The notes below the pieces were generated by a model, which was not told the origin of the DNA, searched no databases, and saw only the letters and a program-made list of their open reading frames with translations. The position numbers and the translations under genes are program-made. 64,000 bases of DNA, from NCBI GenBank assembly GCA_034423215.1, contig DAOUIY010000043.1, positions 31,600-95,599 of the forward strand, written 5' to 3'. Origin of the DNA: Dehalococcoidia bacterium. GTDB taxonomy: Bacteria > Chloroflexota > Dehalococcoidia > Lucifugimonadales > UBA3495. Shown one piece after another: positions 9,147 to 17,704 of this stretch; positions within the stretch are counted from its first letter, which is position 1, and each line of letters begins with the position of its first letter.

Positions 9147-9585
9147 TGCGCTTGACCCGCAGTTCATAGAATTCCCTTTCTTCTCTGCGGCGCTTTTCAA
9201 TACGTGCTTTTCTTTCTACGAAGACAGAGTCTCTCAGATCAAGAAAATCTTTTTCTGACCATTGGGTCATTGGCTGTTTCCATCGGACAGAATAGCGGTT
9301 GTCGAATAGGTTGCAACCGAAACAGGCCAGCACAATATTGCTGTACGATTCTTGCCAATTATCTGGAATTCCTAGCCTGAAGCACTCACTGGCAGGAATT
9401 ACATGGTCAACGTTCAACAGCAGCCAGTGGTAATAGTCATCCACTAAACTGACAGCACAGTAAGCGCAGCTCTCTTGGTTCGTAATTTCCATCAGCCTAA
9501 GCCCGTATCCCCGTCGCGCGTTTCCTGAGCTCTTCCTTTCAAGAATTGTACGACCACCTGCCGGGTAATCATCGAAAGGCTTCAC
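9133..9585 (-). CDS. HNH endonuclease-like protein
   Basis: CAYC...LNVDHVIP...NIVLACFGCN matches the HNH beta-beta-alpha-metal motif. The gene looks AT-richer than its neighbours. Its 3' end overlaps the higA start. An alternative start is ATG 9492. Confidence 0.65.
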   Translation of the reverse strand: MKPFDDYPAGGRTILERKSSGNARRGYGLRLMEITNQESCAYCAVSLVDDYYHWLLLNVDHVIPASECFRLGIPDNWQESYSNIVLACFGCNLFDNRYSVRWKQPMTQWSEKDFLDLRDSVFVERKARIEKRRREEREFYELRVKRNGNA

Positions 9586-9623
9586 GCGCCACTCCCCGAA
9601 TCAGAGCTTGCAATAGGCTAGTT

Positions 9624-10052
9624 TCACCTGATCTCCACCACCTCAATGTCAAAGGTCAGGTCCTTGCCGGCCAGGGGGTGATTGGCGTCCAGCTTTACCT
9701 TGTCATCGGTCAATTCCAGCACCGTCATCTGGGCGGGAGCGCCGCCGGCCGAGGTGGCCTGCAGCTGCATTCCTACTTCCAGGGGTATGGACGCCGGTAT
9801 CTCGGACCGGTCCACCTCGAATACGCCCTCAGGTCGGTGCACGCCGTAGGCCTGGTCAGCGGCAATTATCACCGTGCGCTTCTCTCCCTGCTCCATTCCA
9901 ACTACGCCCTGCTCAAAGCCGGGAATCATCTGTCCCTGGCCGATGGTGAACTCCAGCGGCTCTCTTCCTTCCGACGAATCGAACACCGTGCCATCGTCCA
10001 GTTTGCCTGTGTAATGCACCTTTACCGTGTTGCCCTGGCCTGCTTCTGGCAT
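9624..10052 (-). CDS. slyD: FKBP-type peptidyl-prolyl cis-trans isomerase, SlyD-like
   Basis: VKVHYTGKLDDGTVFDSS, PLEFTIGQGQMIPGFEQGVVGM and an insert-in-flap region. There is no His-rich tail. Confidence 0.8.
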   Translation of the reverse strand: MPEAGQGNTVKVHYTGKLDDGTVFDSSEGREPLEFTIGQGQMIPGFEQGVVGMEQGEKRTVIIAADQAYGVHRPEGVFEVDRSEIPASIPLEVGMQLQATSAGGAPAQMTVLELTDDKVKLDANHPLAGKDLTFDIEVVEIR

Positions 10053-10472
10053 TTATCGCCTCCTAGGCTAATTGGCCTACCTTAACACCGTTGGTAGGGG
10101 AAGTCCAATTGAGCAGTCCTCGTCACCAGGGATATTGAGAGATTCCCACCGGACCATTTGGGGACAACGTTTATGGGCCCGTCGGCCCCGTACCGGTGTC
10201 CTGGAGCAGCCCCCGGCAGCTTCTGAATGGGCAGGAATGATCGCCGTTCTCTCTTGCTGCCCTTGCCACCTTTACTGGCAAGGGCTCGGCAGCCAAATGC
10301 CTTTCCTGCGGCGGCCTTTCTGTAGCGGCTGCGCCGAATCTCTGTAGCGCCCCCCTACCGTTTCGTGTACCATAAAACCCTGAATGGAAAGCCGGAAGCA
10401 AGACCCGGAACCGGTACCCCTTTACAAAGAGGCCCACCCGCAATTGCACGCATGGCAACGGGAGATTGACCG

Positions 10473-11606
10473 ATGAAAAAGCGTCGCGTTACCAAGCCGG
10501 TTTACGTTGGAGGAGTCAAAGTCGGCGGCGATGCCGAGATTACAGTCCAGTCCATGACCAAAACCGATACCCGGGACGTGAAGGCCACCGTCCGCCAGAT
10601 TCACGAACTGGAAGAGGTGGGCTGCGACATAATCCGCTCGGCGGTGCCGGACATGGAAGCCGCCAAAGCCATGGCCGAAATCAAGAAGCAGATTAACATT
10701 CCCCTTATCGCCGACATCCACTTCCATTACCAGTTGGCCATCGAGTGCGCCATGGGCGGCGTGGACTGCCTGCGCCTGAACCCCGGCAACCTGCGCAACG
10801 AGGACCAGGTCAAGGAAGTGGTGAAGGTTGCCAAGGAGCGGAACATCCCCATCCGAATTGGCGTGAATTTCGGCAGCCTGCCCCCGGTGGGCGGCATCGG
10901 CCGCACCCGGGGATTCTCCCGCCACATGGACCTGGTCAACAAGCTGCCCAAGGCCGGTGACGCCCAGGAGGGCGAATACAGCATCGTGGACCACATGGTG
11001 GCCACCGCCCTGTGGGAAATCAGCCTGCTGGAGCAGCAGGACTTCGACCAGATAAAGATTTCCCTGAAGGCTTTCGACGTGCCTACCACCGTGGAAGCCT
11101 ACCGCCAGTTGGCCGAGATGGTCCCCTACCCCTTCCACCTGGGCATTACCGAGGCGGGAACGGCCCAGTCCGGTTCCATCCGCACCGCCGTGGGCCTGGG
11201 CTACTTGCTCTATGAAGGCATAGGCGACACCATCCGGGTATCCCTCAGCGACGATTCCAGGGAAGAGGTTTACGTCGGGTACGAAATCCTCAAGTCCCTG
11301 AACCTGCGTACCAAGGGCACGACCCTGGTGGCCTGTCCCAGTTGCGGCCGAGCCGACGTGGACGTGCGCAAGCTGGCCAACGACGTGGACGCCCTGCTGA
11401 AGAAGACGGACAAGAACATAAAGGTGGCTGTGATGGGCTGCGAGGTAAACGGCCCCGGCGAGGCCAAGGACGCCGACGTGGGCATAGCCGCCGGCGCCGG
11501 CCGGGCCATAATTTTCCGCAAGGGCCAGAAAGTCCGGGTGGTTCCGGAAGAGGAAATGCTCACCGCCCTGATGGAAGAGGTGGAGAATACACCGGTTACG
11601 CCATAA
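10473..11606 (+). CDS. ispG: 4-hydroxy-3-methylbut-2-en-1-yl diphosphate synthase
   Basis: VGGVKVGGDAEITVQSMTKTDT, DIIRSAVPD, and the C-terminal CPSCGR...GCEVNGPGE Fe-S motifs. Confidence 0.95.
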   Translation: MKKRRVTKPVYVGGVKVGGDAEITVQSMTKTDTRDVKATVRQIHELEEVGCDIIRSAVPDMEAAKAMAEIKKQINIPLIADIHFHYQLAIECAMGGVDCLRLNPGNLRNEDQVKEVVKVAKERNIPIRIGVNFGSLPPVGGIGRTRGFSRHMDLVNKLPKAGDAQEGEYSIVDHMVATALWEISLLEQQDFDQIKISLKAFDVPTTVEAYRQLAEMVPYPFHLGITEAGTAQSGSIRTAVGLGYLLYEGIGDTIRVSLSDDSREEVYVGYEILKSLNLRTKGTTLVACPSCGRADVDVRKLANDVDALLKKTDKNIKVAVMGCEVNGPGEAKDADVGIAAGAGRAIIFRKGQKVRVVPEEEMLTALMEEVENTPVTP

Positions 11607-11611
11607 TTCTA

Positions 11612-11917
11612 ATGTATCAGGTACTCTTAACGCCCGATTTTAGACAATGGCTAAGTACACTGGACGCTGTTGCCGTTAACCGGGTATTGAGCATCCTTGA
11701 CCGTATGGCGGAAGGAAACTGGGGGGACTATAAGCCGGTGCCAGGCGCACCAGTAATAATTGAAAGAAGATTGATGGGAAGAGGCCCTGGAATACGTCTG
11801 TATTTCTGCCGGCAGGGGGATAATACTCTGGTGTTGTTGACCGGAGGAGATAAAGCTACCCAGCAACGGCGAGATGTTAGAAGGCCCAGGCTATTAAGGG
11901 AAACCTATCAAGAATAA
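11612..11917 (+). CDS. type II toxin, RelE/ParE-superfamily 'addiction module killer' type
   Basis: ATG 11612 lies 5 nt after the ispG stop. FRQWLSTLD...RMAEGNWGDYKPV...GPGIRLYFCRQGDNTLVLLTGGDKATQ matches the killer-protein pattern. Confidence 0.8.
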   Translation: MYQVLLTPDFRQWLSTLDAVAVNRVLSILDRMAEGNWGDYKPVPGAPVIIERRLMGRGPGIRLYFCRQGDNTLVLLTGGDKATQQRRDVRRPRLLRETYQE

Positions 11918-11934
11918 CTATCGAGGTTACCGAC

Positions 11935-12135
11935 ATGCTCATGGACCACAATGAATATGCCAGAGAACGTGCTTTAAGCGATCCTGAATTCGCTACTGCC
12001 ATTCGAGAACGGGCAATCGAGCTTCTTGACGGCAACGAAGAGGACCGCCGTATTGCACGTCGGATAATGCGCCGACAGCTATGCTTGACTGAGAACCAGG
12101 TGGAGGAACTGGTCCGTAACAAGGCCGCTGCGTAG
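11935..12135 (+). CDS. putative cognate antitoxin (short, no obvious HTH)
   Basis: 66 aa, starting 17 nt after the toxin stop. It is acidic/basic and helical. I see no recognisable HTH of the usual antidote family. Confidence 0.45.
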   Translation: MLMDHNEYARERALSDPEFATAIRERAIELLDGNEEDRRIARRIMRRQLCLTENQVEELVRNKAAA

Positions 12136-12260
12136 GCAATTTTCTTGTCGCTGCAGAAGGAACAACCGTCAGCATTCAAAAAGCCCCCATCTATCCGGCA
12201 AAGGCCTGCGGATTATCAGATGATGGAAAGCTGCGAGCTAGCAATCGGGAGGCCCCTTTT

Positions 12261-12545
12261 ATGGCCAGTTTCACGATACACGAAATTGACGACCATCTGA
12301 GACAGCGCCTGCAACACCAGGCCGCCAAGCACGGCGTGTCCGCAGAGGAAGAGGCGCTGCGGATTCTGCGGCAATCTTTGCCCGAATCTACTGAGCCAGT
12401 AGAGCATCAGTCGGCCAAAGAATTGTATGACGAAATTCGCAGAATTGTTGAACCCCTTGGCGGCATAGAATTGGAACTGCCTGCCCCTAACCTTGAATTC
12501 CCAAATCCAAGCTGCAAAGAGTCTCAGGACGCGGGGACCGGGTAG
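12261..12545 (+). CDS. FitA/VapB-type ribbon-helix-helix antitoxin
   Basis: MASFTIHEIDDHLRQRLQHQAAKHGVSAEEEALRILRQSL is an Arc/MetJ-like N-terminus. It lies directly upstream of the PIN gene. Confidence 0.7.
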   Translation: MASFTIHEIDDHLRQRLQHQAAKHGVSAEEEALRILRQSLPESTEPVEHQSAKELYDEIRRIVEPLGGIELELPAPNLEFPNPSCKESQDAGTG

Positions 12546-12546
12546 A

Positions 12547-12981
12547 GTGATTATTCTGGATACCAACGTAGTTTCAGAGTTAATGAAACCGACCCCCGAT
12601 TCCTCAGTCGCTAATTGGTTTTCACAACAGGAAAGAGGTGAGCTGAAGGTTACTTCCATTACCCAGGGGGAGTTGCTGTTCGGGGCCCTGAGATTAACAC
12701 CCGGGCCCAGGAGGAACGAAGTCCTGGGGTCTATCGAACAGGTTCTAAGCCTTTTTTCCGGGGAATCGCTGCCCTTCAACAGTGAAGCAGCCAATCAGTA
12801 CGGATCAATTATGGCGCATTGGGAGTCCATTGGACGTTCATTGGACCGGAATCGTTTGGACGGCCAAATCGCCGCAATAGCCAGCGCCAACAACGCCGCC
12901 GTCGCTACTCGTAACGTGCCGGATTTTACTGACTGCGGCGTTGAAATAATCAACCACTGGGAAACCTCAGCCAATCAATAA
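12547..12981 (+). CDS. vapC: VapC/FitB-type PIN-domain toxin
   Basis: GTG 12547 lies 1 nt after the antitoxin stop (the track ORF starts at 12493). VIILDTNVVSELMKP..., ITQGELLFG and ...IAAIASANNAAVATRNVPDF are PIN acidic motifs. Confidence 0.85.
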   Translation: MIILDTNVVSELMKPTPDSSVANWFSQQERGELKVTSITQGELLFGALRLTPGPRRNEVLGSIEQVLSLFSGESLPFNSEAANQYGSIMAHWESIGRSLDRNRLDGQIAAIASANNAAVATRNVPDFTDCGVEIINHWETSANQ

Positions 12982-12994
12982 GGGACATCAAGAT

Positions 12995-14695
12995 ATGCGC
13001 TTGACCCAGCTTGTTACCAAGACCCTCCGCGAGGACCCGCCCGAGGCCGAAACCGCCAGCCACAGACTGATGCTGCGGGCCGGACTTATCTACCAGGTAG
13101 CGGCCGGCGTTTACGCCTACCTGCCCCTGGCCTGGCGCTCCCTGCGCAAGATTGAAAGCATCATCCGGGAAGAGATAGACGCCGCGGGAGGCCAGGAGTT
13201 GATGATGCCCGCCCTGCAGCCCCGGGAATTATGGGAGCAGACGGGCCGCGCCGACGCCATGGGCGAGGTGCTTTTCTCCATGGAGGACCGCCGGGGCCGC
13301 CCCATGGTGCTGGCCCCCACCCACGAAGAGGTGGTCACCAGCATCGTCCGCGCCAACGTCCAGAGCTACCGCGACCTGCCGGTGATTCTCTACCAGATTC
13401 AGACCAAGTTCCGGGACGAGCCCCGTCCCCGGGCCGGCCTGGTTCGAGTGCGCGAGTTCGACATGAAGGACGCCTACAGCTTCAATGCCGACGACGATAG
13501 CCTGGATGACAGCTACCAGGCCATGGCCCAGGCCTACCGCAACATCTACCGCCGCTGCAGCCTGCCGGTGCTGATGGCCGAGGCCGACAGCGGCGCCATC
13601 GGCGGCAAGGACTCCCACGAGTTCCTGCTGGCCACGCCAACCGGCGAGGACACGGTCATCACCTGCCCTAGCTGCGGCTATACGGCCAACGCAGAAAAGG
13701 CCCAGGGCCTGTATCCCGAGCAGCCGGCGGAACCGGAACTGCCCCTGGAGGAAGTGGACACTCCCGGCCTCAAGACCATCGCCGGGCTGGCCGACTTCCT
13801 GGACGTGCCCACCAGCCAGACCCTGAAGGCCGTCTTCTACGCCGCCGATGGCGAGGTGGTCTTCGTAACCGTGCGGGGTGACCTGGAGGTGAACGAGGTC
13901 AAGTTGAAGAACTGCCTTCACTGCAACGACCTGCGTTTCGCCACCGACGAGGAGGTACGCGACGCCGGCCTGGTAGCGGGATCCGCTTCGCCCATCGGCA
14001 TTACGGGAATGCGGCGCGTGGCGGATAACTCCATAACCCAGGGCAGCAACTTCGTGGTGGGCGCCAACAAGCCCGATACTCACTACCTGAACGCCAACTA
14101 TCCCCGGGACTTCGACGTGGACGTCATGACCGACATCGCCCTGACCCAGCCCGGCCACCTGTGCCCCCAGTGCGGTAAGCCCCTGGCGGCCACCCGGGGC
14201 GTGGAGGTGGGCCACATCTTCAAGCTGGGTACTTCCTACAGCGAGGCCCTGGGCGCCATGTACCTGGACCAGGAGGGTCAGCAGCATCACATCACCATGG
14301 GCTGCTATGGCATTGGCGTGGGGCGGCTGCTGGCCGCGGCCATCGAGCAGAACCACGACGACCGCGGCATCGTCTTCCCCGCCCCCATTGCTCCCTACCA
14401 GGTACACCTGGTGGGCCTGAACCTGGCCGATGAAGCGGTGGCCGCGGCGGCCGACAAGCTATACCGGGAGTTGTGGGACAACGGCATTGAGACCTTGTTC
14501 GACGACCGGCCCGACCAGGCGGCGGGGGTAAAGCTGAACGACGCCGACCTGATGGGGCTGCCCCTGCGCCTGGTGGTCAGTCCCCGCAACCTGCGCAGCA
14601 ACTCCGTGGAAATGAAGGGCCGGACCGAAGACGAAGCCTCGATGGTTCCGCTGGAAGACGTGGCAGCGCTGATCCGGCAGGCGCTACAGGCGTAA
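12995..14695 (+). CDS. proS: proline--tRNA ligase (bacterial type)
   Basis: 566 aa. The N-terminus is HRLMLRAGLIYQVAAGVYAYLPLAWR. Class II motifs, an editing insertion and a C-terminal anticodon domain are present. Confidence 0.95.
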   Translation: MRLTQLVTKTLREDPPEAETASHRLMLRAGLIYQVAAGVYAYLPLAWRSLRKIESIIREEIDAAGGQELMMPALQPRELWEQTGRADAMGEVLFSMEDRRGRPMVLAPTHEEVVTSIVRANVQSYRDLPVILYQIQTKFRDEPRPRAGLVRVREFDMKDAYSFNADDDSLDDSYQAMAQAYRNIYRRCSLPVLMAEADSGAIGGKDSHEFLLATPTGEDTVITCPSCGYTANAEKAQGLYPEQPAEPELPLEEVDTPGLKTIAGLADFLDVPTSQTLKAVFYAADGEVVFVTVRGDLEVNEVKLKNCLHCNDLRFATDEEVRDAGLVAGSASPIGITGMRRVADNSITQGSNFVVGANKPDTHYLNANYPRDFDVDVMTDIALTQPGHLCPQCGKPLAATRGVEVGHIFKLGTSYSEALGAMYLDQEGQQHHITMGCYGIGVGRLLAAAIEQNHDDRGIVFPAPIAPYQVHLVGLNLADEAVAAAADKLYRELWDNGIETLFDDRPDQAAGVKLNDADLMGLPLRLVVSPRNLRSNSVEMKGRTEDEASMVPLEDVAALIRQALQA

Positions 14696-14697
14696 CG

Positions 14698-15276
14698 GTG
14701 GGCAGCCAATCCCCGGGCCTGCGGCCCCCGACCCTGGTTGAACGACACATCACCTGGATGTACGGCTTCATGCCGGCGGTGGTGATTTATACTGTTCTGC
14801 TGTTGGTATCCTACGTGCTCACCCGGCCGGATACCAACATCTTCCTCTACCTTCTGACCTTCTCGCAAACCCAGGACCCCATAACCGGCACGGAACTCCC
14901 CATAAATATCCAGATGATGCTGGCCCGGGGCTTTTACCTCATCGCCTACTTCACCTGGGGACGTTCCACCGGCCACATGCTCATGGGCGCCCACGTCATT
15001 GACCGCAGGACAGGACGACGCATGCGCACCTGGCAGAAGCTGGTCAGGGGCCTGGCGCAAATGCTCTCCGGCTCTTTGTATGTGGTGCTTGACGGCATAT
15101 CCCTCATCCTGGTGCTGCTGGACCGGGAGGAAAGGCGGTCGGTGTACGACTGGCTGGCCGGTACCGTGGTGGTGATAGGAGACCTGCCGCCCGAGGAGGA
15201 AAAGGCCCCGGAGCGGAGTTGGCTGGCGCAGCTTTCTGATGCGTTGCGAGGACGAACTGCCGAGGAAAGGCGGTAG
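14698..15276 (+). CDS. RDD family membrane protein (tentative)
   Basis: GTG start 2 nt after the proS stop. It has TM helices. GRSTGHMLMGAHVIDRRTGRRM...DWLAGTVVV resembles the RDD domain. Confidence 0.55.
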   Translation: MGSQSPGLRPPTLVERHITWMYGFMPAVVIYTVLLLVSYVLTRPDTNIFLYLLTFSQTQDPITGTELPINIQMMLARGFYLIAYFTWGRSTGHMLMGAHVIDRRTGRRMRTWQKLVRGLAQMLSGSLYVVLDGISLILVLLDREERRSVYDWLAGTVVVIGDLPPEEEKAPERSWLAQLSDALRGRTAEERR

Positions 15277-15324
15277 AAGCAACAGGAGCCGCTAGACCCG
15301 GTCCGAAGTCCAGCCCGGACCATC

Positions 15325-15400
15325 CCTGTCATTCGAGACTGCTCAGAATGACAGTATTGGCGGTTCAAAGTTACAAGTTCGTTAAGACGCGATGGCCCTG
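15325..15400. repeat. partial copy of the ~200-bp MITE family (right end)
   Basis: ...CAGAATGACAGT...GTTAAGACGCGATGGCCCTG matches the right part and terminal repeat of the elements at 29551-29780 and 54499-54953. Confidence 0.6.
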
Positions 15401-15440
15401 GACTCTTGAGCTTAACCATTAATGCAAAGCCGCCGGCCTG

Positions 15441-15953
15441 CTAACGCCCCCGGACGTCCAGAACCGAGCTCAGGTATATCATGTTTGCCCGCAGCTCGGG
15501 GGCGATGTTGCCTTGCCGGGCCGAAGACAACAGCAGCAGCAGCCGTAGTTGGGCCGCCAGGTCTGCGGCCAGCTTGTGCCTGGCTTCCTGCTCCGTATCT
15601 CCCGCCACGGGCACCCGCAGTCCCTGCAGCGGCAGCTTGGTGCGAGACTCGCCCGCCCAGAACTGGTCCAGCGTATCTATGATGAGGATGGGAATCTCGC
15701 CGGTGATGACAAAGGGGGCATCAGGCGGCGAATCTTCCGGCCCCAGCGCGGACACCTTCACCTGGGTAACATCGCTGTGGTTGATGTGAAAGACGGCAGC
15801 GTTGGGCTGGCTGGCCCCTATGATGCGCCAGTCCCAGTCAGCGGGCGTGGAGAGGTCCGTCTCCGACTCAATCAGGACGGGAACCGAGTCATGCTCTGCC
15901 AGGCGGCGGTCATCATCATTTAAAGGGTTGTGCTGAGATTCGGGGGCGGCCAT
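15441..15953 (-). CDS. hypothetical acidic protein
   Basis: ATG 15953 has GAGGTG upstream; TTG 15986 is also possible. It is the last gene of a three-gene operon. The C-terminal GDTEQEARHKLAADLAAQL weakly recalls HicB/UPF0150 folds. Confidence 0.5.
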   Translation of the reverse strand: MAAPESQHNPLNDDDRRLAEHDSVPVLIESETDLSTPADWDWRIIGASQPNAAVFHINHSDVTQVKVSALGPEDSPPDAPFVITGEIPILIIDTLDQFWAGESRTKLPLQGLRVPVAGDTEQEARHKLAADLAAQLRLLLLLSSARQGNIAPELRANMIYLSSVLDVRGR

Positions 15954-16001
15954 AGTCACCTCGCTGAGTGTTCGTTGGAACTCCAAGAGACAAGGGCGAT
16001 A

Positions 16002-16445
16002 CTACAAGGTCAACTCTGCTTTGATAAACCTTTTATTCTTCGCGTCAACGGCCAGGGCAAGAGTCTCCAGCGCCAACGCTCCCAGCAGAACGCTGCTTCC
16101 TTCGTCACCGAAAATCACATAGACACTCGCTGTATCGCCTTCCAGTTCGATGGGAGTCAAGCCCACGTGCAATTCGCGCCTGGTTCCGTCCGCCAGGGTG
16201 AACCACGCCGAACGCTCCCGTTGTACGCCTAATTCTTCCAGGACCGACGCCGGAGCCTGTACGTAAGAAGCGCCCGTATCCACCAGTCCTGTCAGGCTGC
16301 GAGACTTGGTCATTTCCCGGTTCCACAGCACAAAATCCACGTAAAAGGTTCCCAACTCTCCTCCAATCACAGTTGCGGGGAGTATCATGGGCTCCCCTGG
16401 CTTCCTGGCAGTCTTTGTGAAGGAAGACTGTTCATTCATGCTCAT
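16002..16445 (-). CDS. retropepsin-like (clan AA) aspartic protease
   Basis: 147 aa. LTGLVDTGASYV carries the D-T/S-G active-site signature, with a second half-barrel-like region. The RBS AGGGAAAGGG lies in the 17-nt gap after the upstream gene. Confidence 0.7.
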   Translation of the reverse strand: MSMNEQSSFTKTARKPGEPMILPATVIGGELGTFYVDFVLWNREMTKSRSLTGLVDTGASYVQAPASVLEELGVQRERSAWFTLADGTRRELHVGLTPIELEGDTASVYVIFGDEGSSVLLGALALETLALAVDAKNKRFIKAELTL

Positions 16446-16462
16446 GGCGCAACCCTTTCCCT

Positions 16463-16816
16463 CTACTGCTGCTCCACCTCTATGTCCCAGGCGTTGTAAA
16501 CCTGTTCCGGCAGGGTTATGGGGCCGACGGCTTCCTCGTAGTCCCGTACGTGCTTGTTGGCCAGCAGGGCGAAGGCCTTGAGCATCTGGGGGCTAACCTT
16601 GATGCGCGCTCGCAGTATTGGCTCCCGCTCCTCCATCTGTTCACCGAAAAACAGGACAGCCGAGTAGAGGCTGCTGTAAACGTGGAATGAATCGCAGTAA
16701 AAAGTTATCGGCTCCCCGGAAGCTTCCGACGTTTGAGTGTCGCCGGGGTTTACGTAGTTTTCCTCCTGGGGTGGCTGGTCTTCCGGTGGCACGTAGGGGC
16801 GCTGGATGATTGGCAT
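16463..16816 (-). CDS. DUF3467-like protein
   Basis: ATG 16816 has GGGAGG 9 nt upstream (the track ORF extends to 16855). FYCDSFHVYSSLYSAVLFFGEQ...ARIKVSPQMLKAFALLANKHVRDYEEAVGPI fits my memory of the DUF3467 pattern. Confidence 0.55.
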   Translation of the reverse strand: MPIIQRPYVPPEDQPPQEENYVNPGDTQTSEASGEPITFYCDSFHVYSSLYSAVLFFGEQMEEREPILRARIKVSPQMLKAFALLANKHVRDYEEAVGPITLPEQVYNAWDIEVEQQ

Positions 16817-16853
16817 TAGATTTGACCTCCCCGATTCTGTTGCGGTATTTCCC

Positions 16854-16859
16854 ATTATA
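16854..16859 (-). promoter_or_regulatory. candidate -10 element (TATAAT) for the DUF3467/protease operon
   Basis: A perfect TATAAT on the minus strand lies about 38 nt upstream of ATG 16816. The hairpin CCGGAGAGG...CCTCTCCGG (16912-16941) separates it from the upstream gene. Confidence 0.35.
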
Positions 16860-17047
16860 CACAGAGTGGGAGAGTAAACGGAGTTAGTATGAACGTGGCA
16901 ATCAAAGGTTCCGGAGAGGCCCGGTTTCAGACCTCTCCGGCTCGGTAACTAAAGGATACCTCAAGGACTTCCTTCGTTGCTGCTCTCACCGGGCTGTTCT
17001 CACCGGGCTGTTCTCACCGGCATGCGGCCCATGCGCCGGCGCCCCGG

Positions 17048-17521
17048 TCAGGCCATGCGGCGGCCCGGGCGCTGGCACAGGTGGTAGTAGCCTACGGCCA
17101 GGGCCTCCCATTCGTGGGTGGACTTTCTTACCCCGATCAAGCCCATGCGCCGCATTATGGCAAAGGCCAGTTGGTCTTGCGGTATGTTGGAGTTCTGCGT
17201 AAGGGCCGCGCGGACCTCCTGCGCCGAGTAGGTGTAGAGGGGCAGCCGGTGGCCGGACGACCATTTGAACAGTGCGTTGTCCAGCACCTCCAGCGACGGT
17301 ACCGGCCAGCGCATACCCGAGGGCTGACCGTAGGCCGCCGCTCCGGGTTTCCAGCGGTCCACCAGTTCGTCCAGGCTCTGTACCAGATGGTCAACCCGGA
17401 CCGCAGCGTCCAGTTCCCGGCTGCCCGAAGGCTTGATAATGCCGGTATGAACAATCCCGCCGGCATGGAAAACGGCCCAGCCCGTCTCTCGTACACCGGC
17501 ATCCAGGGCCAGCAGAGTCAT
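17048..17521 (-). CDS. divergent RuvC-like (RNase H fold) nuclease
   Basis: MTLLALDAGVRETGWAVF aligns to the RuvC N-terminus (GIDPG..TG). The C-terminal THEWEALAVGYYH aligns to ADAADALAIAxxH. The position of the canonical Glu reads AAAYGQ. The track ORF extends to 17632. Confidence 0.6.
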   Translation of the reverse strand: MTLLALDAGVRETGWAVFHAGGIVHTGIIKPSGSRELDAAVRVDHLVQSLDELVDRWKPGAAAYGQPSGMRWPVPSLEVLDNALFKWSSGHRLPLYTYSAQEVRAALTQNSNIPQDQLAFAIMRRMGLIGVRKSTHEWEALAVGYYHLCQRPGRRMA

Positions 17522-17704
17522 ATCGTCAATCTCCCGTTCATCAGTCCCCCGCTCGTTGGTCTCTCCAAGTGAATCGTTCAACTCGCTTCCGGCACAGGGC
17601 CGGAACGGCCGCCGTGGGTCCCTTCTTCTCACCCGCGCCCGTCCTCATAACCGTCCTCATAACCGTCCTTGCATACCCTCTTGACCGCGCGGTGGGCCGA
17701 TACC

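Noticed and set aside
10171-10420. SRP RNA or 6S RNA in the slyD-ispG spacer.
   Set aside because: I could not find the conserved SRP domain IV motif (GGAAG...AGCAGC context). 6S RNA cannot be judged by eye. I keep this only as a low-interest structured-spacer note.
12216-12794. 192-aa minus-strand ORF across the VapB/VapC genes.
   Set aside because: It is antisense to two genes with clear RHH and PIN motifs, and it has no motif of its own.
16985-17020. Short direct repeats: TCTCACCGGGCTGTT x2.5 here, ACCGTCCTCATA x2 at 17641-17670, GTTGCCCGGCCTGTTA x2 at 20254-20285, and AGTACCAATACCCAA x2 at 21606-21643.
   Set aside because: Each has only 2-3 copies and no obvious link to a promoter or gene start. 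They are probably slippage products, so I do not list them as findings.
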